Source: an uncultured virus (IMG/VR IMGVR_UViG_3300030508_000022) (lineage: Duplodnaviria; Heunggongvirae; Uroviricota; Caudoviricetes). From it: DNA of 64,000 nt. Position numbers and translations under genes: made by a program. Under the pieces are notes generated by a model. That model did not search any database. It was not told the DNA's origin and saw only the letters and a program-made list of their open reading frames with translations. The stretch covers positions 1 to 64,000 of IMG/VR virus record IMGVR_UViG_3300030508_000022; one strand, given 5' to 3'. Every line of letters starts with the position of its first letter. Position 1 is the first letter of the stretch. Of this stretch, positions 1-10,293 are shown in pieces.

Positions 1-245
1 TTATAAGCGGTATAATCTTTTTGAACCCCAATTGTGCAGCAACATCTGGGGATGGAGTTGGAGTGGTTAATGAGTTCTACACATCAAGTAATGTGTATGC
101 TCAGTCCGGTCCGATTTCTGTGTCTCTTGGTAGTACTACTTTCCTTGGGTATCTAGAGGGTATGAATATATCTGCAGAAATGAATGAATTCAATTTTGCT
201 AATTTCACCCTGGAGATGTCTATAATCAATGGAGGGAAATCTTAA
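1..245 (+). CDS. 3' part of hypothetical virion-operon protein (starts before window)
   Basis: Frame of ORF 21..245 is open back to the window edge; overlaps next gene start. Confidence 0.6.
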   Translation, partial: ISGIIFLNPNCAATSGDGVGVVNEFYTSSNVYAQSGPISVSLGSTTFLGYLEGMNISAEMNEFNFANFTLEMSIINGGKS

Positions 246-1020
246 TATGGTAGAAGAAATTAGAACATACTTGCTGAACTCGAATAAATTCTCGAGCGTT
301 TGCTACTTTCCTTCTGAGTACGAAGAAAAGATACTTCAGCCCCCATTCTCCCTATTTAGAGATGCACTCCTGGGGTCTTCTGCGTACGATACTCCAGCTA
401 TTCAGGCTTGGAGAGCTAATGTGCTGATCTCAGGAATCTATAGGGATCCCGTACTCTCTAGTATTGCCAATTCGTTATTTGACACTAGATTAGTGCAAGG
501 AAAGTTGTTGATACCAACCACGCTTGACCCATCACTTTTTATTAATGTGGTACACCCCAACATGTTCATTTCTACTAGTGACCTGTGGTCTGCCTTTGAT
601 GGCATTAATGAGAAGAAAATTGTAATCACAAAGTCTGCTGGATCAGACCCAGTGACATCTGTTGTGGCCACTGTAGCATCTGCTGGCAGGTATGATTCTA
701 ACACAATAAATTTTACATTCTCTGGTGATATATCAGACCTAAGGAAGGTTCCTAATACTCCCATAAGTATAGCTTTCACAAACTGTTCTAGTATCCCAGA
801 CTCATTTGCCCAGACAACGCTCGACCTTAAGTACCCAAACTACATTGATATTGATGGTATTGTAAATAGTGTGGATCAGGTCCCAGGGAAAGAGGGATTA
901 ATTACAGGAAATAGTGTTGCGTCAGCAGCCCTAAGAGATTTTTACTATACAACTACAAGGCCTCACCAAAGCCTTCTTTGCTTGCTAATGGGATACGCCT
1001 GCAGCCTTAAGAATTCATGA
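229..1020 (+). CDS. Hypothetical structural protein
   Basis: 263-aa ORF, tightly coupled (ATGA overlap) in tail/baseplate operon. Confidence 0.6.
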   Translation: MEGNLNMVEEIRTYLLNSNKFSSVCYFPSEYEEKILQPPFSLFRDALLGSSAYDTPAIQAWRANVLISGIYRDPVLSSIANSLFDTRLVQGKLLIPTTLDPSLFINVVHPNMFISTSDLWSAFDGINEKKIVITKSAGSDPVTSVVATVASAGRYDSNTINFTFSGDISDLRKVPNTPISIAFTNCSSIPDSFAQTTLDLKYPNYIDIDGIVNSVDQVPGKEGLITGNSVASAALRDFYYTTTRPHQSLLCLLMGYACSLKNS

Positions 1021-2375
1021 CATTCCTTGGTACTGCCAATAGTGTAAACAAGCCAGTAGTAAAACTAAATGGCATATCAGTAACCTCAGTTAATTCCCAC
1101 GCTGAGGTTGGAGGGATTCCTACGTGTCAGGTTGGAGTTAGGCCAGAGGATCTTACTGACTTTATTGGTACAGATATACAAGCAACTCTAACCGTTGACG
1201 GTGTTAATATTTTCTTTGGTTATGTTGTTGGAGTGGGTTATTCCAATATGAATGGAGGATTGGTCCCATCAGTATCTTTGATTCACGTAGCTAGGGATCT
1301 TGATGAAATAACAAGCTCTCTGCCTGGTGTGAGTCCGGGGAGTACTGCTGATGTTACCTCCCTGTTGTATACTACAGATTCTTCTGCAGTTGCATCTGCG
1401 TCTAGCGGGTTGTCTAAGTTTTTTGTAAGCGACTGGACCCAACCATTCTCTAGTATCATTTGTACCGGATTGGGTAATGTAATTAGCAAGAGCTCTGCTC
1501 AGTCTGTTAGTGGATATGCACCGGTGGTGTCTGGAACAGACAAGCAGACTGCCATTAATATACTCAACCAGATTAGTGGGTGGAGCAATACGGGAGTATT
1601 TGTTTTTGGGTCGAACGCCGGAATAGCTTCGGGAGCTTCTAGATACATAGATGGGTGTTTACAAAGGGCTGGTACTAGCAGTTCTTTGTGGGATGTTTTA
1701 TCTGGCATTATTGCAGCGTTTGATTGTGCACTTGTCTGCAAACCAGGTGGCAATGTGTGTATAATGCCCAATTTTGTTGGAGTTGCAGCTCAGGAAAATC
1801 AAATACCAACTAGTTTTATCCAGAAGGTAGATAGGAGTGCCCTGACCACTAGGTCGCCCAAAGATTGTATTGTTGTCGCTCCAACAGCTATTGGAACCAC
1901 AACCTCCAACTATACAAATCAGTTTTCTCCTATAAAGCTCGGGAGCTACTCATCTACGCTTCCAGGGTCAAAGGGGTCTATGTTGCTTGCAGCCCCTGGG
2001 TGGATGAGTATGCTGAATGGATCTGACTTTCCAGACAGTACCACATCCCCTATTACTGCGTATGCACAGACACATGTTCTTTCATATTCAAATAGGCAAA
2101 AAACCTTCAACATTGTTACTCCTGTTGCTCCTGGAGCCTTTCCTGGAGTTTGCGCTACATTCTCTCCGTTCTCAGGAGCTAAATCATTCGATGGCGGTCC
2201 TATGAGTGCTTTTGGCGCAACTATTGATGGATACTGCAAAAGTGTGGATCACGTATTGTCAGGAGGGACATTTTCAACTATATTTAGGTTCGAGTGTGCG
2301 CTAGAGCAGGGGGTATACGAAAAACAAAAGAGCCACCCCTTTTTTCCTAAGGCAACAATGGACAAGTGGGACTAA
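1017..2375 (+). CDS. Putative baseplate hub/tail-tip protein
   Basis: 452 aa, beta-rich; 'TVDGVNIFFGYV' and C-terminal 'GYCKSVDHVLSGGTFSTIFRF' resemble hub (gp27/Mu gp44-like) proteins; context. Confidence 0.5.
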   Translation: MTFLGTANSVNKPVVKLNGISVTSVNSHAEVGGIPTCQVGVRPEDLTDFIGTDIQATLTVDGVNIFFGYVVGVGYSNMNGGLVPSVSLIHVARDLDEITSSLPGVSPGSTADVTSLLYTTDSSAVASASSGLSKFFVSDWTQPFSSIICTGLGNVISKSSAQSVSGYAPVVSGTDKQTAINILNQISGWSNTGVFVFGSNAGIASGASRYIDGCLQRAGTSSSLWDVLSGIIAAFDCALVCKPGGNVCIMPNFVGVAAQENQIPTSFIQKVDRSALTTRSPKDCIVVAPTAIGTTTSNYTNQFSPIKLGSYSSTLPGSKGSMLLAAPGWMSMLNGSDFPDSTTSPITAYAQTHVLSYSNRQKTFNIVTPVAPGAFPGVCATFSPFSGAKSFDGGPMSAFGATIDGYCKSVDHVLSGGTFSTIFRFECALEQGVYEKQKSHPFFPKATMDKWD

Positions 2376-2376
2376 C

Positions 2377-3087
2377 ATGACGCAAGAACCAGAAGATCTT
2401 TGGAAGGATTGGAAAAAAAGACCAACTCCTGAAAACCTAAGTAGAGCTGTAAATAGCTTTGGTGGGATGATTGCGTCTTCAGCAAATAACAATAAGACGG
2501 TAAACAAGGCCCTACTGACCAGCAAGGCTAGGCTACTCACATCTGAGGCGATTAAAACTTACGACCCTAGTCAGGGTACAAAGCTTTCTACCCATGTCTA
2601 CAATCACCTACGCCCACTAAACAGAGAGGCAAAGGATATGACAGAGGTGGCCCCAATGTCTAGGTACTACGGGGAAGAGAGCGGAAAGATGGTCAATATG
2701 ATCAGAGGGTTTACAGAGGAAAATGGCAGAGAGCCCGATGATGTTGAGATTAGGGATGCTCTTGGCATTTCTGGACGCCGGCTAGAGAAGCTGAATAAAA
2801 TCGTCAAGTACGAGGTCCCAGAGAGTCAGGTAGTTGGAGACGTTGACGAGGGAGAGGATCCAGAAAGCTCCAGACTAAACCTCTGGACAGAGTATGTCTA
2901 CAATGACCTAGATCATCATGGCAGGAAAATACTTGATATGAAGCTAGGTCGCAATGGGCACCCAGCTATGTCCAACGATGAAATTTCAAAGAAGCTCAAT
3001 CTTAGCCCAGTTGAGGTTTCCAACAGGGCGTCAAAGATTGCACAGTCAATTTTGGATGGAGTGAACTCTAGGGACAAAACGATATGA
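2377..3087 (+). CDS. Phage sigma-70-family RNA polymerase sigma factor
   Basis: Region 2 'EAIKTYDPSQGTKLSTHVYNHL', region 3 'ENGREPDDVEIRDALGIS', region 4 HTH 'MSNDEISKKLNLSPVEVS'. Confidence 0.85.
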   Translation: MTQEPEDLWKDWKKRPTPENLSRAVNSFGGMIASSANNNKTVNKALLTSKARLLTSEAIKTYDPSQGTKLSTHVYNHLRPLNREAKDMTEVAPMSRYYGEESGKMVNMIRGFTEENGREPDDVEIRDALGISGRRLEKLNKIVKYEVPESQVVGDVDEGEDPESSRLNLWTEYVYNDLDHHGRKILDMKLGRNGHPAMSNDEISKKLNLSPVEVSNRASKIAQSILDGVNSRDKTI

Positions 3088-3476
3088 TCGCTACAGATAC
3101 ATATACAAAAACTTTTTCTGAGGCAGAGCTGTATCAAGCTACTACCCTGGCATCGTTGTTTAAAACAAAGCTATTTTTGGATTGGTTTAATGGCATTAAG
3201 GATTTTATGACACAGGTTGACCGGACAGACACGCTCCAGCAACTCCAGGGACTAAAAGCGTCAGATGTTCAAATTGAAGATTGGTCACCACTAAAACTTG
3301 AGGGCATGCACAGTCTTGCTCTGGAAAAGGCGATGAGGATAAGGTATAGTGGGTATGACACTGGTGGTCTAAGTAATGTCAAAGACATCTACGCTGCTGC
3401 TGCTCAAGAGGCAACTGATCTATCTACAGCTATTGCCACATTCGAAGATTCATCCCTGAACTGGACCACCCAATAA
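3084..3476 (+). CDS. Hypothetical protein
   Basis: 130-aa ORF overlapping neighbours at both ends. Confidence 0.6.
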   Translation: MIATDTYTKTFSEAELYQATTLASLFKTKLFLDWFNGIKDFMTQVDRTDTLQQLQGLKASDVQIEDWSPLKLEGMHSLALEKAMRIRYSGYDTGGLSNVKDIYAAAAQEATDLSTAIATFEDSSLNWTTQ

Positions 3477-3934
3477 TGCCAACAACAGTAAATTATTCTG
3501 GGAGAAACGTAGATATAGCCTTATTTGATAATAATGCTTCCGGGAATCCAGTAAGCCTTGGAATCCGTCCTACCGCACTTGCCGTAACTGGGAAGCTAAA
3601 GGCATCTCAGAACTATATAAAAGCTATGCTGAGCACTAGTGGGGAGAGACTAGAAGACCCATCTTATGGGTCTTCTCTTATAGCAAATTTAATGTCTAAG
3701 AACATTAGCTTTCCTATTCAGATCCAACAGGCTTTCTCTAGCCAAAGTGCTCTTACCCTTAGGTGGATAAAATCTCAGTACACTAGCACGACCCCCCTTG
3801 ATGAGCAGATTAATACTGTTACGTTATTGAATTATTCCATTCAAGCCACTAGTATTTCTCTTAGCCTTCAGTTATCTACACAAGCTGGTGAAACAGCTGT
3901 ATTTTACCTACCTGTTGCTTGGGGTACACCATAA
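3476..3934 (+). CDS. Baseplate wedge protein, gp25/GPW-like
   Basis: 'LSTSGERLEDPSYGSSL' matches gp25 L-x-T-x-x-GER-x3-P-x-YG pattern; precedes J-like gene. Confidence 0.75.
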   Translation: MPTTVNYSGRNVDIALFDNNASGNPVSLGIRPTALAVTGKLKASQNYIKAMLSTSGERLEDPSYGSSLIANLMSKNISFPIQIQQAFSSQSALTLRWIKSQYTSTTPLDEQINTVTLLNYSIQATSISLSLQLSTQAGETAVFYLPVAWGTP

Positions 3935-3937
3935 TTT

Positions 3938-5623
3938 ATGTCCACATCCATTGAGAATTTTAATATAGTCCCAGGAGTCAATATTGACCCCTCGCTATTT
4001 TCTGCGTCTGACATCCAGGCTGCTCAAGCAATTGTCCGCCAGTACCTTAGCGATACATACCAGGATCTAGACTTCTCTGCACTCTCTAGTTTGAACGACC
4101 TAAATGTTAGGCCACAAGCTCAGATATTCTTAGTGATTCAGTCACTAATTAATCAGTTCAACGCTACCAATACCCTATCTAAGGTTATTCAATCCCCATC
4201 TACCGCCAGCAGTGCAATTGTGGACGCCCTACTGTCCAACTTCTCTGTGTCTAGGGTTGCCGGAACATCTGCCAATGGGTTCATTAAAGTATCTATCCTT
4301 GGTAGCCCGTCTAGTCTATCTATCCAATCAAGCTATACATTCTCTACAGTGGATGGAGTTGTATTTAGCCCAACAATTAATTACATAGCTACTGCAACGC
4401 CAGACCTGTCAAATCCTAGTCAGATCCAGTTGTATCCAGACCAATCCGGTACCCAAAGCTTTGCTATTGTACCAGCTACAGCAGTCTCCACTGGAGCAAT
4501 CTACAACATTCCACAGTACACCCCACTATCCAGTGCTCAGGTGTACAACTTTGTGTCGGCATCGGCATTCTCAGCTTTTTCTGGCGGTAGTGATGCAGAG
4601 ACTGACGCTCAAGTAGTTTCCAGGTTGATACCAGCACTTTCAGTTAGGAACCTGGCATCTCCATTGTCTATAGAGCAGACGCTTAGAGATAACTTCCCCT
4701 ACATTCTACAGATCAATGTTCAAGGAATAACTGGAGACCTAATGACCAGGAACTCCCACAACATCTTTGGTGTAAAGTCTGGGAGTTTTTGTGATGTGTA
4801 TGTAAAAACAGCAGTTTCTATCTCTGAGGTCCCAATAGAGAAAACTGCCACCAAGATTATATCTGGAGACGCAAGCACAGCTGATTTTCAGGACTATGTA
4901 GGAAAGTATGTTGTACAAGTGAGTGTTGGGGATATTCCAGGGATGTACGATGTTTCTAGAGTAACACCACAGGCTGCCAACCTACTTAGTACTTACACAA
5001 TCCTTAAGAAGGTGCGTGGGGTTAATGCTACCATCCCATCTGGTCAGACCCTACACTCTATTACCACTGTCGCTGAGGGATTCTATTCTTCTTACGGATA
5101 TGAGTATGTGGTGTTTGATCCTGTGGTAGACCCAAATCCAGGTGGAAACTATATCCCAGTTACTGTGTATGGGATTACAACTCCTGGAATTGGAGACATA
5201 CAGGGGTTTGTAAATTCAAATTCAAACCAGGTGGCCCTAGTGGACACATTAATTAAAGCGTATGTCCCATGCATTATTTCTACTTCTGAAATAAAGGTTA
5301 GAGTCAAAGCTGGAGCCACTACTGCACTCAACCTGCAGTCTGATGTGATCAATTACATAAACTCTATAAACCCATCCACGGATCAACTTCGCGTTGATGG
5401 CATTATCGCAACAATTTATAAAGATCCAGCAGTCTTATCTGTAGACACACCAATCCTTATTACTGGGACTATTCTGGCTCCAGACCAAAACGCTACAGAG
5501 GTTGTTGTGAGTACTCAATCTATCCTTGGTATTCCAACAGACGTTACTCTTGGTTATGGTCCAGAAAATATCGCTATGTTTACCCAGAGCTCTGGAGTCC
5601 CACTCACAATAATCGAAGTATAA
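3938..5623 (+). CDS. Baseplate J-like wedge protein
   Basis: 'AVSTGAIYNI', 'AFSGGSDAETDAQVVSRL' typical of baseplate J/gp6; follows gp25. Confidence 0.8.
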   Translation: MSTSIENFNIVPGVNIDPSLFSASDIQAAQAIVRQYLSDTYQDLDFSALSSLNDLNVRPQAQIFLVIQSLINQFNATNTLSKVIQSPSTASSAIVDALLSNFSVSRVAGTSANGFIKVSILGSPSSLSIQSSYTFSTVDGVVFSPTINYIATATPDLSNPSQIQLYPDQSGTQSFAIVPATAVSTGAIYNIPQYTPLSSAQVYNFVSASAFSAFSGGSDAETDAQVVSRLIPALSVRNLASPLSIEQTLRDNFPYILQINVQGITGDLMTRNSHNIFGVKSGSFCDVYVKTAVSISEVPIEKTATKIISGDASTADFQDYVGKYVVQVSVGDIPGMYDVSRVTPQAANLLSTYTILKKVRGVNATIPSGQTLHSITTVAEGFYSSYGYEYVVFDPVVDPNPGGNYIPVTVYGITTPGIGDIQGFVNSNSNQVALVDTLIKAYVPCIISTSEIKVRVKAGATTALNLQSDVINYINSINPSTDQLRVDGIIATIYKDPAVLSVDTPILITGTILAPDQNATEVVVSTQSILGIPTDVTLGYGPENIAMFTQSSGVPLTIIEV

Positions 5624-5625
5624 TT

Positions 5626-7377
5626 TTGAACAACGACCTCACATACGGACGCAACTTTGCGGACTTCTTGGGTTCATTCTGGTCATCTATTTTTGATGGT
5701 GGTGCACTAGGAGACGCAATTGGATATTCTTGTAGCGAAATGCTTCTTCAGAGCTATATGGACGTGATGGAGATTATCAACTCCTCCTCTATATACTCTA
5801 TCCCTACTTTCTCCAGGAAGAATGTCCTTCCTGTAATCATCAATGAGAGCGATATGCTGCAGTACGCTCAGGTGCCTTCATATGGAGATGGTGGGTTTTA
5901 TGGACAACAGCCAGATGGAGGAAAGTACAGAAGTGGTTCTTTCTTGAAGTACGGTACCCCAGCTAAGCTTAGTGACTCCTATTTTTATCCACTCCCCCAA
6001 AGCGTTGTTTCGCTCGGATCGTTTGCGGTAAATAGGTTGTTCCAACCATCCGTAACCCTGGCTAATGGCGCAGACTTTATTTTGTCAGCCGACGATGGCG
6101 GCATTGTATTTAAGAGCAATCCGTTCAGCAACCCGCTCATCCCTGTTGCTGATGTATTAAATACTACAACCGGAGAGATGGACAAGCAGATCGTCATTTG
6201 GTTCTGCGATGTGGATGAGGATACATTCCGACTTCATGACCAGTATGGGTTTATCTTCACGAATCTACAGGAGTCTTCTGAGCAGTACAAAATAATCATT
6301 CAGAGTGTGTTTGAGTTGGTGTCTAAGGGACCTAGCATTTCTGCTCTTGATTCCTTTCTATCTGCGGTTAGTGGTAGTCCATTAATCAGGGAGGTGTCAG
6401 AGACCGTTGAGGTAATCCAGGACACTCCTGAGGGGTATTTGATCATTACTGACAAGAGTGTGTACTCTTTGCTAGATAAGACCATGTTGCGCAACAACAT
6501 CGTGGTCGGTGCAGTACTTCCTGCATCCACACCACTTTCCACTGTTGTTGAGGTAGTTGATACCACAATGTATGACTGGTGGGAGGAATTCCCTTCGTTG
6601 CCCCTCAAGCCAGGGTACACCACAAATACCAATCAGTTTTTGTCGTTCCCCAACATAAGTGTCCCAGCGGTGTATGGTCAGAACAATTCTCCAGCACAGC
6701 CTTTGTCCCAGTCAGTGGCGTTTACACTAATTGGCGATCCAATGGCTATTAAGGATTTTTGGGCGTCTGTTAATGAGAAAGCCGGACAGACTGGGAACAA
6801 TTATGGATTTGAGTTGTTCAGTAAGTATAGCGATAGTACAAATCCAGAAACTGACTTCACAAACCAAGTAGATTTCTTTTTGAACCCGGCTCAGGTACTA
6901 GCCGAGGACCTTTGTACTTATTCCATTCTTCCTATTAAAATAAATATAAATTATATACAAAATCTAGATATATTTTTTAAGACTATTAATCCACTCAAAC
7001 TTAGTACTCCTGTTCATGTTATTTTGATGCTATTCCTAGAAATAAATTTAATAGATCAATACCAGCTAGCTGCTTCATCTAACCAAACTCAAACTGACTC
7101 TGTTAATCTAAATGACTTAATTGAAGTGAATTTCAATGATTTCCCGTCAGGGGAGCAGGCATTGTGGTCTGCTCCACCTGATACCACTGGTATACTAGAG
7201 GCTATATCTATTGACGCCAGCTCTTCCAGTAAAGGAGGGAGGTCTTATGGATCTAACAATTTTTATGATTATGACCTTGACTACAGGGGCTTCTTAATAG
7301 AACAATTCGATCTTTCCAATACATCAAATTTAGTGCAGACTTTAGAGATTAAACAAATACCAAAATGTGCAACCTAG
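5626..7377 (+). CDS. Putative baseplate wedge protein
   Basis: 583 aa (TTG start) immediately after baseplate J; context. Confidence 0.55.
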   Translation: MNNDLTYGRNFADFLGSFWSSIFDGGALGDAIGYSCSEMLLQSYMDVMEIINSSSIYSIPTFSRKNVLPVIINESDMLQYAQVPSYGDGGFYGQQPDGGKYRSGSFLKYGTPAKLSDSYFYPLPQSVVSLGSFAVNRLFQPSVTLANGADFILSADDGGIVFKSNPFSNPLIPVADVLNTTTGEMDKQIVIWFCDVDEDTFRLHDQYGFIFTNLQESSEQYKIIIQSVFELVSKGPSISALDSFLSAVSGSPLIREVSETVEVIQDTPEGYLIITDKSVYSLLDKTMLRNNIVVGAVLPASTPLSTVVEVVDTTMYDWWEEFPSLPLKPGYTTNTNQFLSFPNISVPAVYGQNNSPAQPLSQSVAFTLIGDPMAIKDFWASVNEKAGQTGNNYGFELFSKYSDSTNPETDFTNQVDFFLNPAQVLAEDLCTYSILPIKININYIQNLDIFFKTINPLKLSTPVHVILMLFLEINLIDQYQLAASSNQTQTDSVNLNDLIEVNFNDFPSGEQALWSAPPDTTGILEAISIDASSSSKGGRSYGSNNFYDYDLDYRGFLIEQFDLSNTSNLVQTLEIKQIPKCAT

Positions 7378-8003
7378 ACCTTACAGACATTTACCAACCC
7401 TCTTGTAAGGGATTGGTTACGATGGGGTACCGAAGCAAGTCTACTAACGTTTTCACTCCGGTTCTTCATAAACAAAACCTAGTTATGTATGGGGCGGCAG
7501 ACGCTATGGCTCGCCTTGTCTCTGGAGATATGCGATATGTTGTGTCGCATATGTACTACCACTACATAAACACAAGCTCTTCAATTCCAAGCATTTCTGC
7601 AATTACAGATAGGAGCCAGGGATCTAGCTTCTTTCAGTCAATGAACTCTAGCGACCATTCTGTTATCCAGGATTGGCTTCGTATACCTATTTTTACTGCA
7701 GCTAAACTTAGCGCGTATGGGGCAACCCCAACTCTGGCTGAAAATTACACAAGCAACATGTCTACTTTTGTGGCGACTAGTGCTTCTAGTGCAACTCAGG
7801 CTGGAGAGTCATCTGAAAATTATTACTTTGCAGACAGCGGAGCTAATGGACCTAGCAACATTATCGGTGTTGCCCTGGTTTGTGCTCCAGTTAATTCTGA
7901 TAATAGCCAGGACGTGGTGTTTAGCCGCCTAGCTCTCTCCTCTCCAATTGTCGTACAGGCGAATAGCTATATCGACTGCTTCTGGGGGCTAGCTTTCCAA
8001 TAG
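7365..8003 (+). CDS. Putative baseplate/tail protein
   Basis: 'NLVMYGAADAMARLVSG' N-terminus and 'VFSRLAL...IDCFWGLAF' C-terminus resemble phage baseplate/fibre attachment proteins. Confidence 0.5.
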   Translation: MCNLDLTDIYQPSCKGLVTMGYRSKSTNVFTPVLHKQNLVMYGAADAMARLVSGDMRYVVSHMYYHYINTSSSIPSISAITDRSQGSSFFQSMNSSDHSVIQDWLRIPIFTAAKLSAYGATPTLAENYTSNMSTFVATSASSATQAGESSENYYFADSGANGPSNIIGVALVCAPVNSDNSQDVVFSRLALSSPIVVQANSYIDCFWGLAFQ

Positions 8004-8004
8004 C

Positions 8005-10284
8005 ATGAATTGGGACCCAATCGTACAACCCCCTTCGGACGGGGAACTCGTAAATCAATCTGTTACTGGCAGATCTATCGCTACTTTGCAGCGTAGGACC
8101 GACTTCCTGTACCAGAGGCTCAACGACTTTAGTGCTCAAAACGGGAAGTTGGTTATTCAAAATGTTGTTTTGGATAATGCAGTTCAAGTGGGAGATTGGG
8201 TTTATTTTGACTCCTCTTCTCAGTCCTACAAACAGGCTATTGCTGAAGGGGTTTACAATACAACCCTAAAGCAGTATACAGCAACTCCTAGGACTTATGT
8301 CGTTGGAGTGTGCGTGAGTGCATCTAGCAACCTTGGATCCATTCTGATGAGTGGGTATATTCAATCTCTTTCTGTTCTTGGATTTAATACATCCTATATG
8401 CTTGAGGGAGGCCAGACATATACCCCTGGTAGATACTATCTATCCTCAAAGACTCCTGGGAAGATGACTTCGGTGGCAAATGCCCCCATTGTCCAATTGG
8501 GATTCCTCAGCGGAGATTCTGCTTTTGTGTCTCCACTCCAGAAAGATATATTTGAGTCTCACATCCACTACAATTTCCCTCTGCACGCGAAGCCAGCATC
8601 CAGCCAGAATACGGATGGGTCTGGTGGCGTTACTATCAGTGGTAATAGGTATGTAGATTACTTCTACTCACCAGCGTCCAACACTCCTCCAAACATCTTG
8701 GTTGCGATAAAGGGCAATGGGACTACACCGTCTGTTGGATATGGAGCAGAATTTAGAGTTGAGATATATAGAGACTCTGGTGGACTAATGGGGGTTGATG
8801 TCTGGGGTGGCTCGTCCCTAGATCAATCAAAACCTGATCACACTGGCGGATCAGGAAGTGGAGCTTCTATTACATCTGTTACTGGGAATGCTTGGCCAAC
8901 CTACGGGTCTTGGTATGCTGTCCCCAATACAGGATTGTCTGTTGCTTTCTTCAGGCAGGATGCAACGTATTCCACAAATACATTGGCATCTGATATTACG
9001 GACAGTGTCCAAGGGATTGCCATTAACACAGACCGATTTAAGTTTTTCCTCCCATCAGATTTGACTGGATGGGCTAACCTAAATCCATTCGACAACCAGG
9101 TTGTCTCTGGACCAGTATTTAGATACGTAAGGGAGGGGGATGTACCACTCAATTCCGTGTGGCCTCCAACCCCTACCAGTTCTGTTGAGATCTCCAACAA
9201 TGGAGTGTCACTTTCTGCCGGTCAGGATTTTTATTGCCTTCCTCAGGATCTACTGTGGATCCCAGCAGCTATTGATACAGTAAATCTTAGGCTATATGCT
9301 CCATGGCCATACGACTACAATGCTCGCAGTGCAGAAGATCCGAATTCTCCATATTTTAAGGCTCTTGAGGTATTCTTTTCCAGTGCCAACATTAGCACTG
9401 CAAAACCACTTGTTGTTTCTCTTCAGAGCAATAGCAATGCCATTTCAGTTACGGATTGCCTAACAGGAAATCCTGCAACATCTGGCAATCTTGCACTAGG
9501 TCTAACACTAGACTTAAACACACTTGCTGGACCGGACAGTAATTCGTGCATAGCAGGAACCGACCCAACATCTCAGAAATTCCTTACATCCGCTTTGGTC
9601 AGTCGACTGACCGCTGGAGCTGGCATAAAGATCGTTGGTAGCACCACCAACATAAATGGGCAGCAAACCGGTGCTCTAACCCTGTCTACAGATGGAGTAC
9701 AGACATCAGGGGAGGTATCTATTGTGTCTTTGAAGAATGCCAAGGAGAGTCTTTATAATGGTATTACTCCGTGTGTGCTTTTCTTGCCACCATCTACAAC
9801 AAAGTGTCAGATCGTCTCTAAAGTCAACATTCCTGTGAACGGGATTGTTGGGAACATTTCTTTAACAATTGCATCGTCAATCTTTGGGTCAACCTCAGTT
9901 GGTAGTGCTCCAGTAATTGCTACATTCAAGTCTACTCATTACGTTCTTAGGAATGGAGTAAATCTAAGCAGCTTTATTGAGTCCTCTGCCTTTGCAGTCC
10001 AGTACTGGTCTGTCAGTCTTGCTAATTACACTGCGTATTCGGTCCTTATCCCAAGCTATCCAAGTGTGTCTTCTATTGTTACCTCTTCATCTCCACCAGC
10101 GAGTGGAGTTGTTCTGACAAGTGGGACTGTTAGTAATGGTGGGTCAAATCCACAAGGGCTGCTTCCAGGGGATTCAATCTTGACAGTAATCGAGAGAGTT
10201 GCTTCTATTATTGATGGTCAAGCTGACTCATACACAGGGAATATCGGATTCACCAGTGTCAACTGGCAGCTAACTACATCATAA
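8005..10284 (+). CDS. Putative tail fibre/baseplate protein
   Basis: 759 aa; N-terminal 'DGELVNQSVTGRSIATLQRRTDFL' fibre-like start; 'TPGRYYLSSKTPGKMT' motif. Confidence 0.55.
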   Translation: MNWDPIVQPPSDGELVNQSVTGRSIATLQRRTDFLYQRLNDFSAQNGKLVIQNVVLDNAVQVGDWVYFDSSSQSYKQAIAEGVYNTTLKQYTATPRTYVVGVCVSASSNLGSILMSGYIQSLSVLGFNTSYMLEGGQTYTPGRYYLSSKTPGKMTSVANAPIVQLGFLSGDSAFVSPLQKDIFESHIHYNFPLHAKPASSQNTDGSGGVTISGNRYVDYFYSPASNTPPNILVAIKGNGTTPSVGYGAEFRVEIYRDSGGLMGVDVWGGSSLDQSKPDHTGGSGSGASITSVTGNAWPTYGSWYAVPNTGLSVAFFRQDATYSTNTLASDITDSVQGIAINTDRFKFFLPSDLTGWANLNPFDNQVVSGPVFRYVREGDVPLNSVWPPTPTSSVEISNNGVSLSAGQDFYCLPQDLLWIPAAIDTVNLRLYAPWPYDYNARSAEDPNSPYFKALEVFFSSANISTAKPLVVSLQSNSNAISVTDCLTGNPATSGNLALGLTLDLNTLAGPDSNSCIAGTDPTSQKFLTSALVSRLTAGAGIKIVGSTTNINGQQTGALTLSTDGVQTSGEVSIVSLKNAKESLYNGITPCVLFLPPSTTKCQIVSKVNIPVNGIVGNISLTIASSIFGSTSVGSAPVIATFKSTHYVLRNGVNLSSFIESSAFAVQYWSVSLANYTAYSVLIPSYPSVSSIVTSSSPPASGVVLTSGTVSNGGSNPQGLLPGDSILTVIERVASIIDGQADSYTGNIGFTSVNWQLTTS

Positions 10285-10293
10285 TAGATCCAA

